Assembly (NCBI GenBank): GCA_016931915.1
Contig: JAFGDU010000046.1
Coordinates: 410-64,409, forward strand
Direction: 5' to 3'
Length of the DNA: 64,000 bases
Source: Actinomycetota bacterium
GTDB taxonomy: Bacteria > Actinomycetota > Geothermincolia > Geothermincolales > RBG-13-55-18
Each line of letters starts with the position of its first letter. Positions within the stretch are counted from its first letter, which is position 1. The notes under the pieces are model-generated. The model worked only from the letters and a program-made list of their open reading frames with translations. It ran no database searches and was not told the origin of the DNA. This document shows positions 55,656-64,000 of this stretch, in pieces. Position numbers and translations under genes: made by a program.

Positions 55656-56293
55656 GTCTTCACTTCCCCGGTGCCTTTCCTGCCGGGCAGGCTCAATCTC
55701 GGTTCCTCGCCCTTGAGAAGGCGCCTGATGTTCTCGCGATGCTTGTATACGGCGAAGGCGAACCCTACCACAGCCACGAAGAGGTAGAGCCAGTATTCCC
55801 CCATCTCGCCCCGGAATATCACGCACGTGGAGACGACGAAACCCGTGGCGCCGGAGATGGAACCCACGGACATGATACGCGTTATGAGGACCATGACCAG
55901 AAAAGCCCCCAGCGTGGCGACGATTACCTGCCAGGGGTAGGCTGCGATGATGACCCCGCCGCTGGTCGCTATCCCCTTGCCTCCCTTGAACTTGAGGAAA
56001 ACACTCCAGTTGTGTCCCATGATTGAAGCCAGGCCGGCGACGAGGGAAAGGTTGGGACCCAGTCCCAGTGCCCTCCCTATGGCCACCGCCGCCACTCCCT
56101 TGGCCATGTCCAGCATCATCACCGCGATGAAGGGCTGTACGCCGAAGTTGCGCATGACGTTGGTGGCCCCTATATTGCCCGATCCGAGCTTGCGCAGGTC
56201 CTGCTTGAAGAGCAGCCTGGAGACCACCAGTCCGAACGGTATCGAGCCCATGAGGTAGCTGGAGATTATCCACAGCACGGCTTTCGCTGCCAT
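55652..56293 (-). CDS. plsY: Glycerol-3-phosphate acyltransferase PlsY
   Basis: YLMGSIPFGLVV..., GSGNIGATN and KGGKGIAT motifs; multi-TM. Confidence 0.93.
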   Translation of the reverse strand: MAAKAVLWIISSYLMGSIPFGLVVSRLLFKQDLRKLGSGNIGATNVMRNFGVQPFIAVMMLDMAKGVAAVAIGRALGLGPNLSLVAGLASIMGHNWSVFLKFKGGKGIATSGGVIIAAYPWQVIVATLGAFLVMVLITRIMSVGSISGATGFVVSTCVIFRGEMGEYWLYLFVAVVGFAFAVYKHRENIRRLLKGEEPRLSLPGRKGTGEVKT

Positions 56294-56395
56294 CCAGAGC
56301 CACCTTTCCCTTTTATGCCATCAACATCCTCAAAGCCTGGGGATGTACCGTTGAATATAACACATTCGCGCCGCCGGGGTTTCAGGAACTCGCGC

Positions 56396-57733
56396 TCAGC
56401 GCCGGCGCTTTTCCAGAGCCCGCCGCGAACGCAGCACCACGCGAACGGGCGTTCCCTCGAAATCGAAGTTCTCCCTGATCTTCCTCTCCAGGAACCTCTC
56501 GAACGCCGGGTTGGCAAGGTCGGGGCGGTTGACGAAGAAGACGAACTGCGGTGGGGCCGTCCTCGCCTGCGTGAGGTAGTACATCTGCAGTCGCTTGCCC
56601 CTGCGCGAAGGCGGGGTCGCCTGCGAGAAAACGCTTTGGAGCAGTTCGTTGAGGCGGGACGTCTGGATCCTCGACTCCCACTTACGCCTGATGCGGTCCA
56701 CTACGGGCAGCAGCCGCGACACCCCCAGGCCCGTCAGGGCGCTCACGCGCAGAAAGGGAGCGTAGGATATGAAATGGAGCCTCTCCACGGCGTTCTCGTA
56801 GGCTGTCTGCGCGTTGCCGGCGGCCTTTACTCCGTCCCACTTATTCAGGATCACGGCGCACGCGCGGCCGTCGTCCTTGATGCGGGCGGCTATTCTCTGG
56901 TCCTGTTCGGTGATCCCCTGTGATGCGTCAATCACCAACAGTACCACCTGGGCGCGGTCGATGGCCTTCCATACCCTGACCTGGCTGTAGAACTCCACCC
57001 CCTCCCTGATCTTGGTGCGCTTGCGCCACCCCGCGGTATCGATGAAACGGTACGCGGTCTCCCCTATCTCCACCACCGTGTCCACCGCGTCCCGCGTAGT
57101 ACCCGGAATGTCGCTGATTATGGAGCGTTCCTCCTTGAGCAAGCGGTTGAAGAGGGTGGACTTTCCCACGTTGGGCCTTCCCACTATGGCCACCACGGTC
57201 TCCTCCTCCGCCTCCTCCAGCTGCTCGCTCTCGGGCAGACATTCCACCACCGCGTCCAGCAGGTCCCCTATATTGCGCCCGTGCATGGCCGAGACCGGCC
57301 ACGGATCGCCCATCCCCAGGGAGTACCATTCCACCGCCTCGTCCTCCTGACGCTGGTTGTCGACCTTGTTTGCCGCCAGGATCACCGTTTTTCCGCTGCG
57401 TCTCAGAACCTGGGCTATCTCCTCGTCGGCGGCGGTTATCCCCTCCGTGGCATCCACCATCATCAGCACCAGGTCAGCCTCTTCAACCGCCAGCATAGCC
57501 TGCTTCCCTATGGCCTGCGTCAGCTTTTCCTCGGCTATGGGGTCCATGCCGCCGGTATCGACGATGGTGAAATCCCTTCCCCTCCATGAGGCGGTGAAGT
57601 AATTGCGGTCGCGCGTGACGCCGGGGTCCTTCTCCACTATGGCGTCGCCCCTGGCTACTATGCGGTTGACCATGGTGGATTTGCCCACGTTGGGCCTTCC
57701 CACCACGGTCACCATGGGCAGGTTGGAGCCCAT
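56396..57733 (-). CDS. der: Ribosome-associated GTPase Der (EngA)
   Basis: Two G domains (GRPNVGKST twice; DTGG / DTAG; NKVD / NKWD) plus a KH-like C-terminus. Confidence 0.95.
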   Translation of the reverse strand: MGSNLPMVTVVGRPNVGKSTMVNRIVARGDAIVEKDPGVTRDRNYFTASWRGRDFTIVDTGGMDPIAEEKLTQAIGKQAMLAVEEADLVLMMVDATEGITAADEEIAQVLRRSGKTVILAANKVDNQRQEDEAVEWYSLGMGDPWPVSAMHGRNIGDLLDAVVECLPESEQLEEAEEETVVAIVGRPNVGKSTLFNRLLKEERSIISDIPGTTRDAVDTVVEIGETAYRFIDTAGWRKRTKIREGVEFYSQVRVWKAIDRAQVVLLVIDASQGITEQDQRIAARIKDDGRACAVILNKWDGVKAAGNAQTAYENAVERLHFISYAPFLRVSALTGLGVSRLLPVVDRIRRKWESRIQTSRLNELLQSVFSQATPPSRRGKRLQMYYLTQARTAPPQFVFFVNRPDLANPAFERFLERKIRENFDFEGTPVRVVLRSRRALEKRRR

Positions 57734-59064
57734 CAGCCCGTTTCCTCTTCTGCATGCAGCGCCCGTACGAAACGGGCCCCGTTTACCTCCACCGGGATCA
57801 GCCTGTATCCTGTCTCCCGCTCGACATCGGCGAGCGTGATATCGTCGATAAACAGGCCGTCTCTGAGCATGCTATCAGGGATGAGCAGCGAGCGCGACAC
57901 GGGACGCTCATTCTTCAAGGTCGCTATGATATCCGCACCGCCCAGGAGGGCGGTCACGGTTACCGTTCCACCCATGAGCCGGTTGTGGACCGCGATCACC
58001 TCCACCCCGCCCATGCCCGCACCTTCAAGCGCCTCATGCAGCACCCTCTCTCCCGCCACGCCCGTCACTACGCCGCGCAGCGCCCGGTCCTCGCTTCCCA
58101 TGGCCCCTTTAAGCGCCAAGGTCTCTGCGATGAATTTCCTCGCCATACCTATTCCATTCTCCAGTTGAGGATAACCCTCGTACTCATCCTCGCCCGGAAA
58201 TCCTTCCTCCGCCAGGAGGTAGAATTCATCCGCGGCGTAGAAGAGGCGCCTTCCATATTCCTCCAGAGCAGCCGCTTGAAATTCCTCCACCAAGCGCAGG
58301 ACCTCGCGCGCGGAAACGCCGTCGTAGGGCCGTATTGCCCCGGCAAGCGCGTCCGTGCGGGAGGTCAAGCCCACCGGGACAATCCCCAGGGAAGCGGCAC
58401 CGTAATCCTCCAACACCTCCCGCAGCGTACGGCGCAGGTCCTCACCGTCGTTGATACCAGGGCAGAGTACCACCTGGAGGTGGACCACGATGCCCTCGTC
58501 CAGAAGCGTGTGCAATATGTCGAGTCCCTTGCTTGCGTTTCCCCCCATGAGCCGCGAGCGCAGGACGGGATCCGTGGCATGCAGCGAGACGTAGAGCGGG
58601 GAGAGGCGCAGCCTTCTTATCCTCTCCACGTCTGCGGCCGAGAGGTTGTTGAGGGTGATGAAGTTGCCGTAGTAGAAGGAGAGCCGGTAATCGTCGTCCT
58701 TAACGTAGAGCGTTTCCCTCAAGCCTGGCGGCATCTGGTCCACGAAACAGAATATACATCCGTTTATGCACGTGCGCACCCCGTCGAAGACGGCCCGGTC
58801 GAAAACAAGGCCCAGGGGGATTCCGGCTCCTTTGCGCACCCTGCGGGTAATCTTCCTCCCACCCCTCTGCAGCCGCAGGTAAACGCTTTTCTCCTCGCCG
58901 GTTTCCAGATAATCCAGGATGTCCAGGGGCGGCCTGCCGTTGATTTCCAGCACGAGGTCCCCCACCTTTACCTTTCCGGAAGAGGGAGAGCCCTCACGTA
59001 CCTCAGTGACGCCGGGTGGGTTCCAGGTCCGTGGCGGTGGTAACGGACCACGTCGTAGGGTCAC
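57733..59064 (-). CDS. DUF512 protein (PDZ + radical-SAM-like + DUF512)
   Basis: PDZ-like SSGKVKVGDLVLEINGRP, plus CINGCIFCFVDQMP and LSFYYGNFITLNN. It sits upstream of der, as in Firmicutes. Confidence 0.8.
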   Translation of the reverse strand: MTLRRGPLPPPRTWNPPGVTEVREGSPSSGKVKVGDLVLEINGRPPLDILDYLETGEEKSVYLRLQRGGRKITRRVRKGAGIPLGLVFDRAVFDGVRTCINGCIFCFVDQMPPGLRETLYVKDDDYRLSFYYGNFITLNNLSAADVERIRRLRLSPLYVSLHATDPVLRSRLMGGNASKGLDILHTLLDEGIVVHLQVVLCPGINDGEDLRRTLREVLEDYGAASLGIVPVGLTSRTDALAGAIRPYDGVSAREVLRLVEEFQAAALEEYGRRLFYAADEFYLLAEEGFPGEDEYEGYPQLENGIGMARKFIAETLALKGAMGSEDRALRGVVTGVAGERVLHEALEGAGMGGVEVIAVHNRLMGGTVTVTALLGGADIIATLKNERPVSRSLLIPDSMLRDGLFIDDITLADVERETGYRLIPVEVNGARFVRALHAEEETG

Positions 59065-59780
59065 CTCGCCTCACCTGCCGCCGCCTGCTCCTTGACGAGG
59101 TAGATCAACTTCCCCACCACCCGGGAGATGCTCTCACCCGTTGTGTCGACCAAGTTGGCGTCGGGGGCGCGCACGAGGGGATTGTGCTTGCGCGTCGAAT
59201 CCTTGTGGTCGCGGCGGATCATCTCCTGCTTTATGGTCTGGAGGGAGATGTCATAGCCGTCCTTCCTCATCTCACGGTAGCGCCTGCCCGCCCTTTCTTT
59301 CATCGATGCCGTGAGGAATATTTTTACATCCGCTTTGGGGAAGACAACCGTCCCCACGTCCCTTCCCTCCACGACCATCCCCCCCGCCGCTACAAGGCTG
59401 CGCTGCTTCTTCACCATCTCCTTGCGCACGCCGGGAAGGGAGGAGACCTGCGATACGTGGGCCGATACCTCCCGGGAACGGATAGCTGCCGTAACGTCCT
59501 CGCCGTCCATGATCATGCGGAAGGGGGGCCTCCTGCGGAACGCGTACTCCATGTGCAGGTCCATCGCCGATGCCAGGGATGCCAATCCGTCCTCGTCGTC
59601 CAGGGCATCATGGGAACGCAGGGCTTTCAGCGTCAGGGCACGGTACATCGCCCCCGTATCCAGGTAGCCGAGGTCGAGGCGGCGTGCGAGCTTCTGGGCA
59701 ACGGTGCTCTTTCCGGCCCCGGCAGGCCCGTCTATGGCGATGATCATCTTTTTTATACGCGTCGCAATCATATCAGCCAT
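59061..59780 (-). CDS. cmk: Cytidylate kinase
   Basis: IIAIDGPAGAGKSTVAQKLA...GYLDTGAMYRA. Start uncertain (59840, 59780 or 59747). Confidence 0.92.
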   Translation of the reverse strand: MADMIATRIKKMIIAIDGPAGAGKSTVAQKLARRLDLGYLDTGAMYRALTLKALRSHDALDDEDGLASLASAMDLHMEYAFRRRPPFRMIMDGEDVTAAIRSREVSAHVSQVSSLPGVRKEMVKKQRSLVAAGGMVVEGRDVGTVVFPKADVKIFLTASMKERAGRRYREMRKDGYDISLQTIKQEMIRRDHKDSTRKHNPLVRAPDANLVDTTGESISRVVGKLIYLVKEQAAAGEAR

Positions 59781-59901
59781 GGGATTATCATAGAGCCTTA
59801 TGGGGCACCAAGAAAGGGTCTCCATATCCGATGATCCCACCTGCGCGGTATTATAATCTTACATGCCGGTTGTCGTATCAAAACGCTGGGAGGTGCCGGG
59901 A

Positions 59902-60711
59902 ATGAAGGATATGCGTAGTAAGAACGTACTCATCACGGGTGGAGCTCTGGGCATGGGAAAGTCCCTCGCCGCCCTGCTCCTGCAGGAAGGTTGCAGGGTC
60001 GCCATCGTGGATATCCGCGAGGCCGACCTCGATGTCGCACGCGAGGAGCTCTCGCGCTACGGCGAGATCGTTTCCTACGCCTGCGATATCTCGGATCGTG
60101 AGAAGGTGTATGCCCTGGCGCGCAGGGTGCAGGCGGAGTTCGGGACCATCGACATACTGGTCAATAACGCGGGCGTGGTCAAGTCCAATCCCTTCATGGA
60201 GAAACCAGACGAGACGATCGAGCGTACCGTGGCGGTCAATCTCCTTGCACATTTCTGGACCATGAAGGCCTTCCTCCCCGGCATGGTCGCAAAGAAGGAG
60301 GGCCATGTCGTCAACATGGCCTCGGCAGGGGGGCTCCTCGGCGTCCCCTACATCAGCGACTACTGCGCCACCAAGTTCGCGGTGGTGGGGCTCACCGAGT
60401 CCCTGCGCCAGGAGTTCAAGCTGCGCGGACTGCGCAAGATCCGCTTCACCTATGTCTGCCCCAACACCGTGGGCACGGGCATGTTCGCGGGCGCCAGGCC
60501 GGTCAAGGGGACCAGGCTCCTCAGCGCCGAAGACGTCACTACCAGGATCGTGCAGGGTATAAAGAATAACCGCTCCTTCATCGGGGTGCCCCTCTCCGTA
60601 TACCTGGTCCCACTCACCAAGGCGATAACCCCTATCCCGGTACTCGACCTCTTCAACCGCGTCATGGGCATCGCCACTTCCTCCGAGACCACGACGGGCA
60701 GGGCGGAATAG
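59902..60711 (+). CDS. SDR-family oxidoreductase
   Basis: VLITGGALGMGKS, LVNNAG and S...YCATK. The ATG at 59902 follows GGGAGG. Confidence 0.85.
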   Translation: MKDMRSKNVLITGGALGMGKSLAALLLQEGCRVAIVDIREADLDVAREELSRYGEIVSYACDISDREKVYALARRVQAEFGTIDILVNNAGVVKSNPFMEKPDETIERTVAVNLLAHFWTMKAFLPGMVAKKEGHVVNMASAGGLLGVPYISDYCATKFAVVGLTESLRQEFKLRGLRKIRFTYVCPNTVGTGMFAGARPVKGTRLLSAEDVTTRIVQGIKNNRSFIGVPLSVYLVPLTKAITPIPVLDLFNRVMGIATSSETTTGRAE

Positions 60712-60767
60712 ACCGCTTCAGCCGCTACGCCTGGCTTACATCGTGGGGTCTATATGGGAGCAAGCAT

Positions 60768-61121
60768 ATGAGCGGGAAATACGTTTTCCTCGTCGCGTTC
60801 GTATGCATCGATATCGCCGTGCTCACTGTTTATCTCGTCTTGTACCTCAGCAGACGCGGATCGAGCAGGCCCTTCCCGCCTGTTATGTGGGCATCCTACC
60901 CGCTGCTCATCGTGCTGCTGGTGCTGGTTCCCCTGGTTATCGTATTCGAGGACGTCTTGGTGGCCATTATTCTCACTGCTACCGCATCCGCGCTATACGT
61001 CCTCGCGCTCACGGCACGAGGTTACCTCGGCTTCGCTTATCCCCGCGGCAAGCGATTCCGCGCAGGCCGGCACGATTACTCGTTTCATGATGGCGACGGG
61101 GAAGAGAAGCTGCCCTACTGA
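60768..61121 (+). CDS. Small hypothetical membrane protein (3 predicted TM helices)
   Basis: Hydrophobic segments FLVAFVCIDIAVLTVYLVLYL, YPLLIVLLVLVPLVIVF and VAIILTATASALYVLAL. No family recognised. Confidence 0.45.
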   Translation: MSGKYVFLVAFVCIDIAVLTVYLVLYLSRRGSSRPFPPVMWASYPLLIVLLVLVPLVIVFEDVLVAIILTATASALYVLALTARGYLGFAYPRGKRFRAGRHDYSFHDGDGEEKLPY

Positions 61122-61124
61122 CCC

Positions 61125-62411
61125 TCAACCCGTGAGGTCATGGAGGGTGTCCTCGAAGCCCGGGAAGGAGATGTTCACGCATTCCCAACCGTCGATAACC
61201 GTCTCGCCCTCGGCGCACAGGGCAGCTACAGCCAGGGCCATGGCTATACGGTGGTCGCCGCGGGAGTCCACGCGCGCCCCCTGCAGACCGACGGGTCCAT
61301 GCACAACGAAACCGTCCGGTAACTCCGTTATCTCCGCCCCCATCTTTGCAAGTTCACCGCAGACCGCCGAGATACGGTCGCTCTCCTTGACCCGCAGCTC
61401 CCCGGCTCCCCTCACCACCGTCTCACCGCGGGCCCTGCATCCCAGTACGGCCAGCAGGGGGACCTCGTCGATCATGGCCGGGATATGCCTTCCCTCCACC
61501 TCGATGCCGTTCAGTTGCGCTCCCCCTACCTCCAGGTCGCCGCGGGGCTCGTTGTCCGTCTCGCTGTAATTCGACTCCATCACCAGCGCACCCATGGTGT
61601 TCAAGACCGATAGAAAGCCGGCGCGCGTGGGGTTGAGGCCGACGCCCGACAGCTTCAGGCGCGAACCCGGAACGAGCACGGCGGCCGCCAGGATGAAGGC
61701 GGCACTGGAGATATCTCCCGGTATCGCAATCTCGCGCGCCTGCAGGCGGGATGCGCGCATGGTCATCGCATCCTCGCCCTCGAACGAGAGGTCCGCGCCC
61801 ATGAGCAGCAGCATCCTCTCGGTGTGATCGCGCGACGATCTTCCGCCCACGACCCTCGTCTCCCCCCCGGCCTGCAGCCCCGCCAGGAGGACGGCCGATT
61901 TCACCTGGGCGCTGTCCACCTCCATGCGGTACTCTATACCCGTGAGACCGCCGCCCCTGACGGTCAGGGGGGGCATGGTGTTGTCCTCCCTCCCCGTGAT
62001 CTCAGCTCCCATGCGGCGCAGGGGTTCCACGATACGGCCCATGGGACGTTTGCACAGGGATTCGTCGCCCGTGATCACGCTGGTGAAAGGCCGCCCCGCC
62101 AGGGCTCCCGCCAGCAACCGCATGGTTGTGGCTGAGTTTCCGGCGTCGAGCTCACCGCTTGCCTGCCTCCAGCCCTGCGGCCCCCTGCCCTCTACGGTCA
62201 GATCATCTCCGCTAAGTGCCCACTCCACCCCGATGGAGCGCAGGCAGGATAGCGTGGACATGCAGTCTTCGGAGCGAAGGAAAGGCCGCGCGACGGTTCT
62301 CCCCTCGGCCAACGCCCCCAGTATAGCGGCGCGGTGGGATATGGATTTATCCGCCGGTACCGCCAATTCCCCCCGCAGCGGTCCCGCGGCGCTGAAGACG
62401 GCTTCCATCAC
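61125..62411 (-). CDS. aroA: 3-phosphoshikimate 1-carboxyvinyltransferase (EPSP synthase)
   Basis: PADKSISHRA, LDAGNSATTMRLL, and the RVKESDRI and DHRIAMA motifs. Confidence 0.95.
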   Translation of the reverse strand: MMEAVFSAAGPLRGELAVPADKSISHRAAILGALAEGRTVARPFLRSEDCMSTLSCLRSIGVEWALSGDDLTVEGRGPQGWRQASGELDAGNSATTMRLLAGALAGRPFTSVITGDESLCKRPMGRIVEPLRRMGAEITGREDNTMPPLTVRGGGLTGIEYRMEVDSAQVKSAVLLAGLQAGGETRVVGGRSSRDHTERMLLLMGADLSFEGEDAMTMRASRLQAREIAIPGDISSAAFILAAAVLVPGSRLKLSGVGLNPTRAGFLSVLNTMGALVMESNYSETDNEPRGDLEVGGAQLNGIEVEGRHIPAMIDEVPLLAVLGCRARGETVVRGAGELRVKESDRISAVCGELAKMGAEITELPDGFVVHGPVGLQGARVDSRGDHRIAMALAVAALCAEGETVIDGWECVNISFPGFEDTLHDLTG

Positions 62412-63535
62412 TCCCCTCCCAGCGTCTTGCTCATGTTGGCACGGTAGCCTTTTTCGCGCAGCGCCCCGGCAACACGGGACGCGGCATCCTCGCCGCTGAT
62501 GGTCAACCTCAGCAGGCCCTGCCCGCTCTCGAGGGGGTGCACCAGCTCCAGGTCCTCGATGTTGATCCCCATCTCGCCCACCGTAAGGGTAACGTCGCTG
62601 ATAACGCCGGGCCGATCGTCAACGGCGAGGATGACGCTGTAATAGCCCGCCAGCGACTCCCCGAGTACCGGTGCCAGGTTCTGCCTGCCCACGCTCGCGT
62701 TTTCCATCCAGCGCACGAGCTCTTCCTCGTCCCCCCCGTCGATCAAGGCCCCAATGCGTTGCATGGCCGCCATGCATTCCCGCAGCGATTCCTCGACCGC
62801 CTCGCGGTTCTCCATGAGTATGTCCAGCCACAGCAACGCATCGGACGCTGCGATACGCGTCATATCGCGGAATCCCCCCGCCGCGAGGCGTAGCAGAGGG
62901 TATTCCTCCGCGCGTTCAAGGGCGAGGTTCATGAGGGACATAGCCATGATATGCGGCAGGTGGCTGATGACCGAGACGGCCCTGTCGTGCTGGCGTGGGT
63001 CCATGGCGATCACCCTCGCCCCCAGGGAGGTGAGGAGGGCGTGGAGCTGGGAGTAGGCCTCGGCGTCGCAATAGGCGCTGGGGGTGAGCACGTAGTAGGC
63101 GTCGCGGAAGAGGTGGGGGTCGGCGAATGCGGCTCCCCTCTGTTCGGATCCGGCGAGAGGATGACCCCCTATGAAATGGCAGCCGGACGGCAGTATCCTG
63201 GCTGCTTCCAGTACAACGCGCTCCTTGACCGACCCGACATCGCTGAGCGTGGTACCGGGTCGCAATGCCGGCGCGGCCTGAGCGAGCAACGACGGGATGG
63301 CGCGTACGGGCACGGCGACGAATATCAGCTCGCTCTCCGACGCGAGCTCCTCCACGCTTCCTGCTGCCTTGGCGACCGCGCCGATGGCCAGCGCCTCCTC
63401 CAGCATGCCCCCGTCGCTGTCATAGCCTACGACCCTTGTGGCGGCGTCCTCTGCGCGCAGCGCCAGCCCCAGAGAGCCTCCAATCAACCCCGTTCCCAGT
63501 ATACCCACCTGCCGGTAAGCGGCCTTATCCGCCAT
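62408..63535 (-). CDS. tyrA: Prephenate dehydrogenase with C-terminal ACT domain
   Basis: GILGTGLIGGSLG Rossmann segment, GGHPLAGSE, SHLPH and an ACT-like tail. 4-nt overlap with aroA. Confidence 0.88.
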   Translation of the reverse strand: MADKAAYRQVGILGTGLIGGSLGLALRAEDAATRVVGYDSDGGMLEEALAIGAVAKAAGSVEELASESELIFVAVPVRAIPSLLAQAAPALRPGTTLSDVGSVKERVVLEAARILPSGCHFIGGHPLAGSEQRGAAFADPHLFRDAYYVLTPSAYCDAEAYSQLHALLTSLGARVIAMDPRQHDRAVSVISHLPHIMAMSLMNLALERAEEYPLLRLAAGGFRDMTRIAASDALLWLDILMENREAVEESLRECMAAMQRIGALIDGGDEEELVRWMENASVGRQNLAPVLGESLAGYYSVILAVDDRPGVISDVTLTVGEMGINIEDLELVHPLESGQGLLRLTISGEDAASRVAGALREKGYRANMSKTLGGE

Positions 63536-63562
63536 CTCTCTCGCTATCCTTTCCTTCTCCGC

Positions 63563-64000
63563 CTACTTCCTGTTAAGAAAAGTAGCCAGCTCGGCCAGCT
63601 CGGCCATCATTACCTTGAAGTCCTCTATGGTCAAGGACTGCGGCCCGTCGCACAAGGCCTCGCGCGGATTGGGATGCATCTCCACCATGACCCCGTCCGC
63701 GCCCACGGCCAGGGCGGCCTTGCACAGGGGAACGACCAGCTCCCGCACGCCGGTAGCGTGGCTCGGATCCACGATAACGGGCAGGTGGGAGAAGCTCTTC
63801 ACCGCCGGTACCGCGGATATGTCCAGGGTATTACGCGTGCCGGTCTCGAAAGTCCGGATGCCTCTTTCGCACAGTATGACGTCCTTGTTCCCCTCCTTGA
63901 GGATGTATTCGGCCGCCATCAGCCATTCCTCCACGGTGGAACTCATACCCCGCTTGAGCAGGATGGGCTTTTCCTGCAGGCCGAGGTCTCTGAGCATGAG
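63563..64000 (-). CDS. aroF: 3-deoxy-7-phosphoheptulonate synthase, type I-beta (N-terminus beyond window)
   Basis: [10 protein letters not shown]...[11 protein letters not shown]...VIVDPSH...[12 protein letters not shown]. The frame stays open to the window edge. Confidence 0.88.
   Translation of the reverse strand, partial: LMLRDLGLQEKPILLKRGMSSTVEEWLMAAEYILKEGNKDVILCERGIRTFETGTRNTLDISAVPAVKSFSHLPVIVDPSHATGVRELVVPLCKAALAVGADGVMVEMHPNPREALCDGPQSLTIEDFKVMMAELAELATFLNRK

Noticed and set aside
55656-56303. Upstream part of the 559-aa ORF 54624..56303.
   Set aside because: It lies out of frame over plsY and has Arg/Gly/His-rich junk composition. GpsA clearly starts at MKIGVVGAGSWG (55655), with an ATGA overlap to the plsY stop.
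1-64000. CRISPR arrays, IS elements, integrases, prophage or classic defence systems (RM, TA, Abi).
   Set aside because: No regularly spaced direct repeats, transposase or integrase motifs, or defence-gene signatures were seen on either strand. The only mobile-type element supported is the NrdD intein.

Overview
64-kb chromosomal window from a moderately GC-rich, Gram-positive-type anaerobe. All family calls come from reading motifs in the supplied ORF translations and the DNA; no database search was possible. About 70 CDS and one tRNA-Pro(GGG) are supported; no rRNA, CRISPR array, transposase or integrase was seen. The backbone is housekeeping: recA-recX-rny, spoVS, miaB, miaA-dapF-dapL-hflX, pgsA, an FHA/MerR pair, mgtE, hpt, an nrdR-nrdD-nrdG operon, der-plsY-gpsA, cmk and aroF-tyrA-aroA. 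It mixes Actinomycetota-like synteny (FHA-MerR-bifunctional nuclease, LmeA, RsiG-like protein) with Firmicutes-like genes (RNase Y, SpoVS, SipW-type peptidase, DUF512-der). That fits a deep-branching anaerobic actinobacterial-type lineage, but this is inference only. The best candidate for an undescribed system is an accessory island at about 36.6-48.1 kb. It is a PadR/TetR-headed operon encoding a two-subunit coenzyme-B12 acyl-CoA mutase whose substrate-defining residues match none of the characterised mutases as I recall them. The operon also carries an acyl-CoA dehydrogenase, an SDR, a PaaI thioesterase and a BbsAB-type thiolase/DUF35 pair. Convergent to it are an acyl-CoA ligase and an internally duplicated Zn-ribbon/V4R-like protein. 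Other notable items: a 223-aa Ser1 mini-intein splitting NrdD, and an nrd operon extended by a redoxin, an orphan ORF and DUF3786. There is also a single-motif RsiG-like putative c-di-GMP anti-sigma factor and a structured terminator-containing leader upstream of rny. Several unexplained inverted or direct repeat structures lie in intergenic regions.
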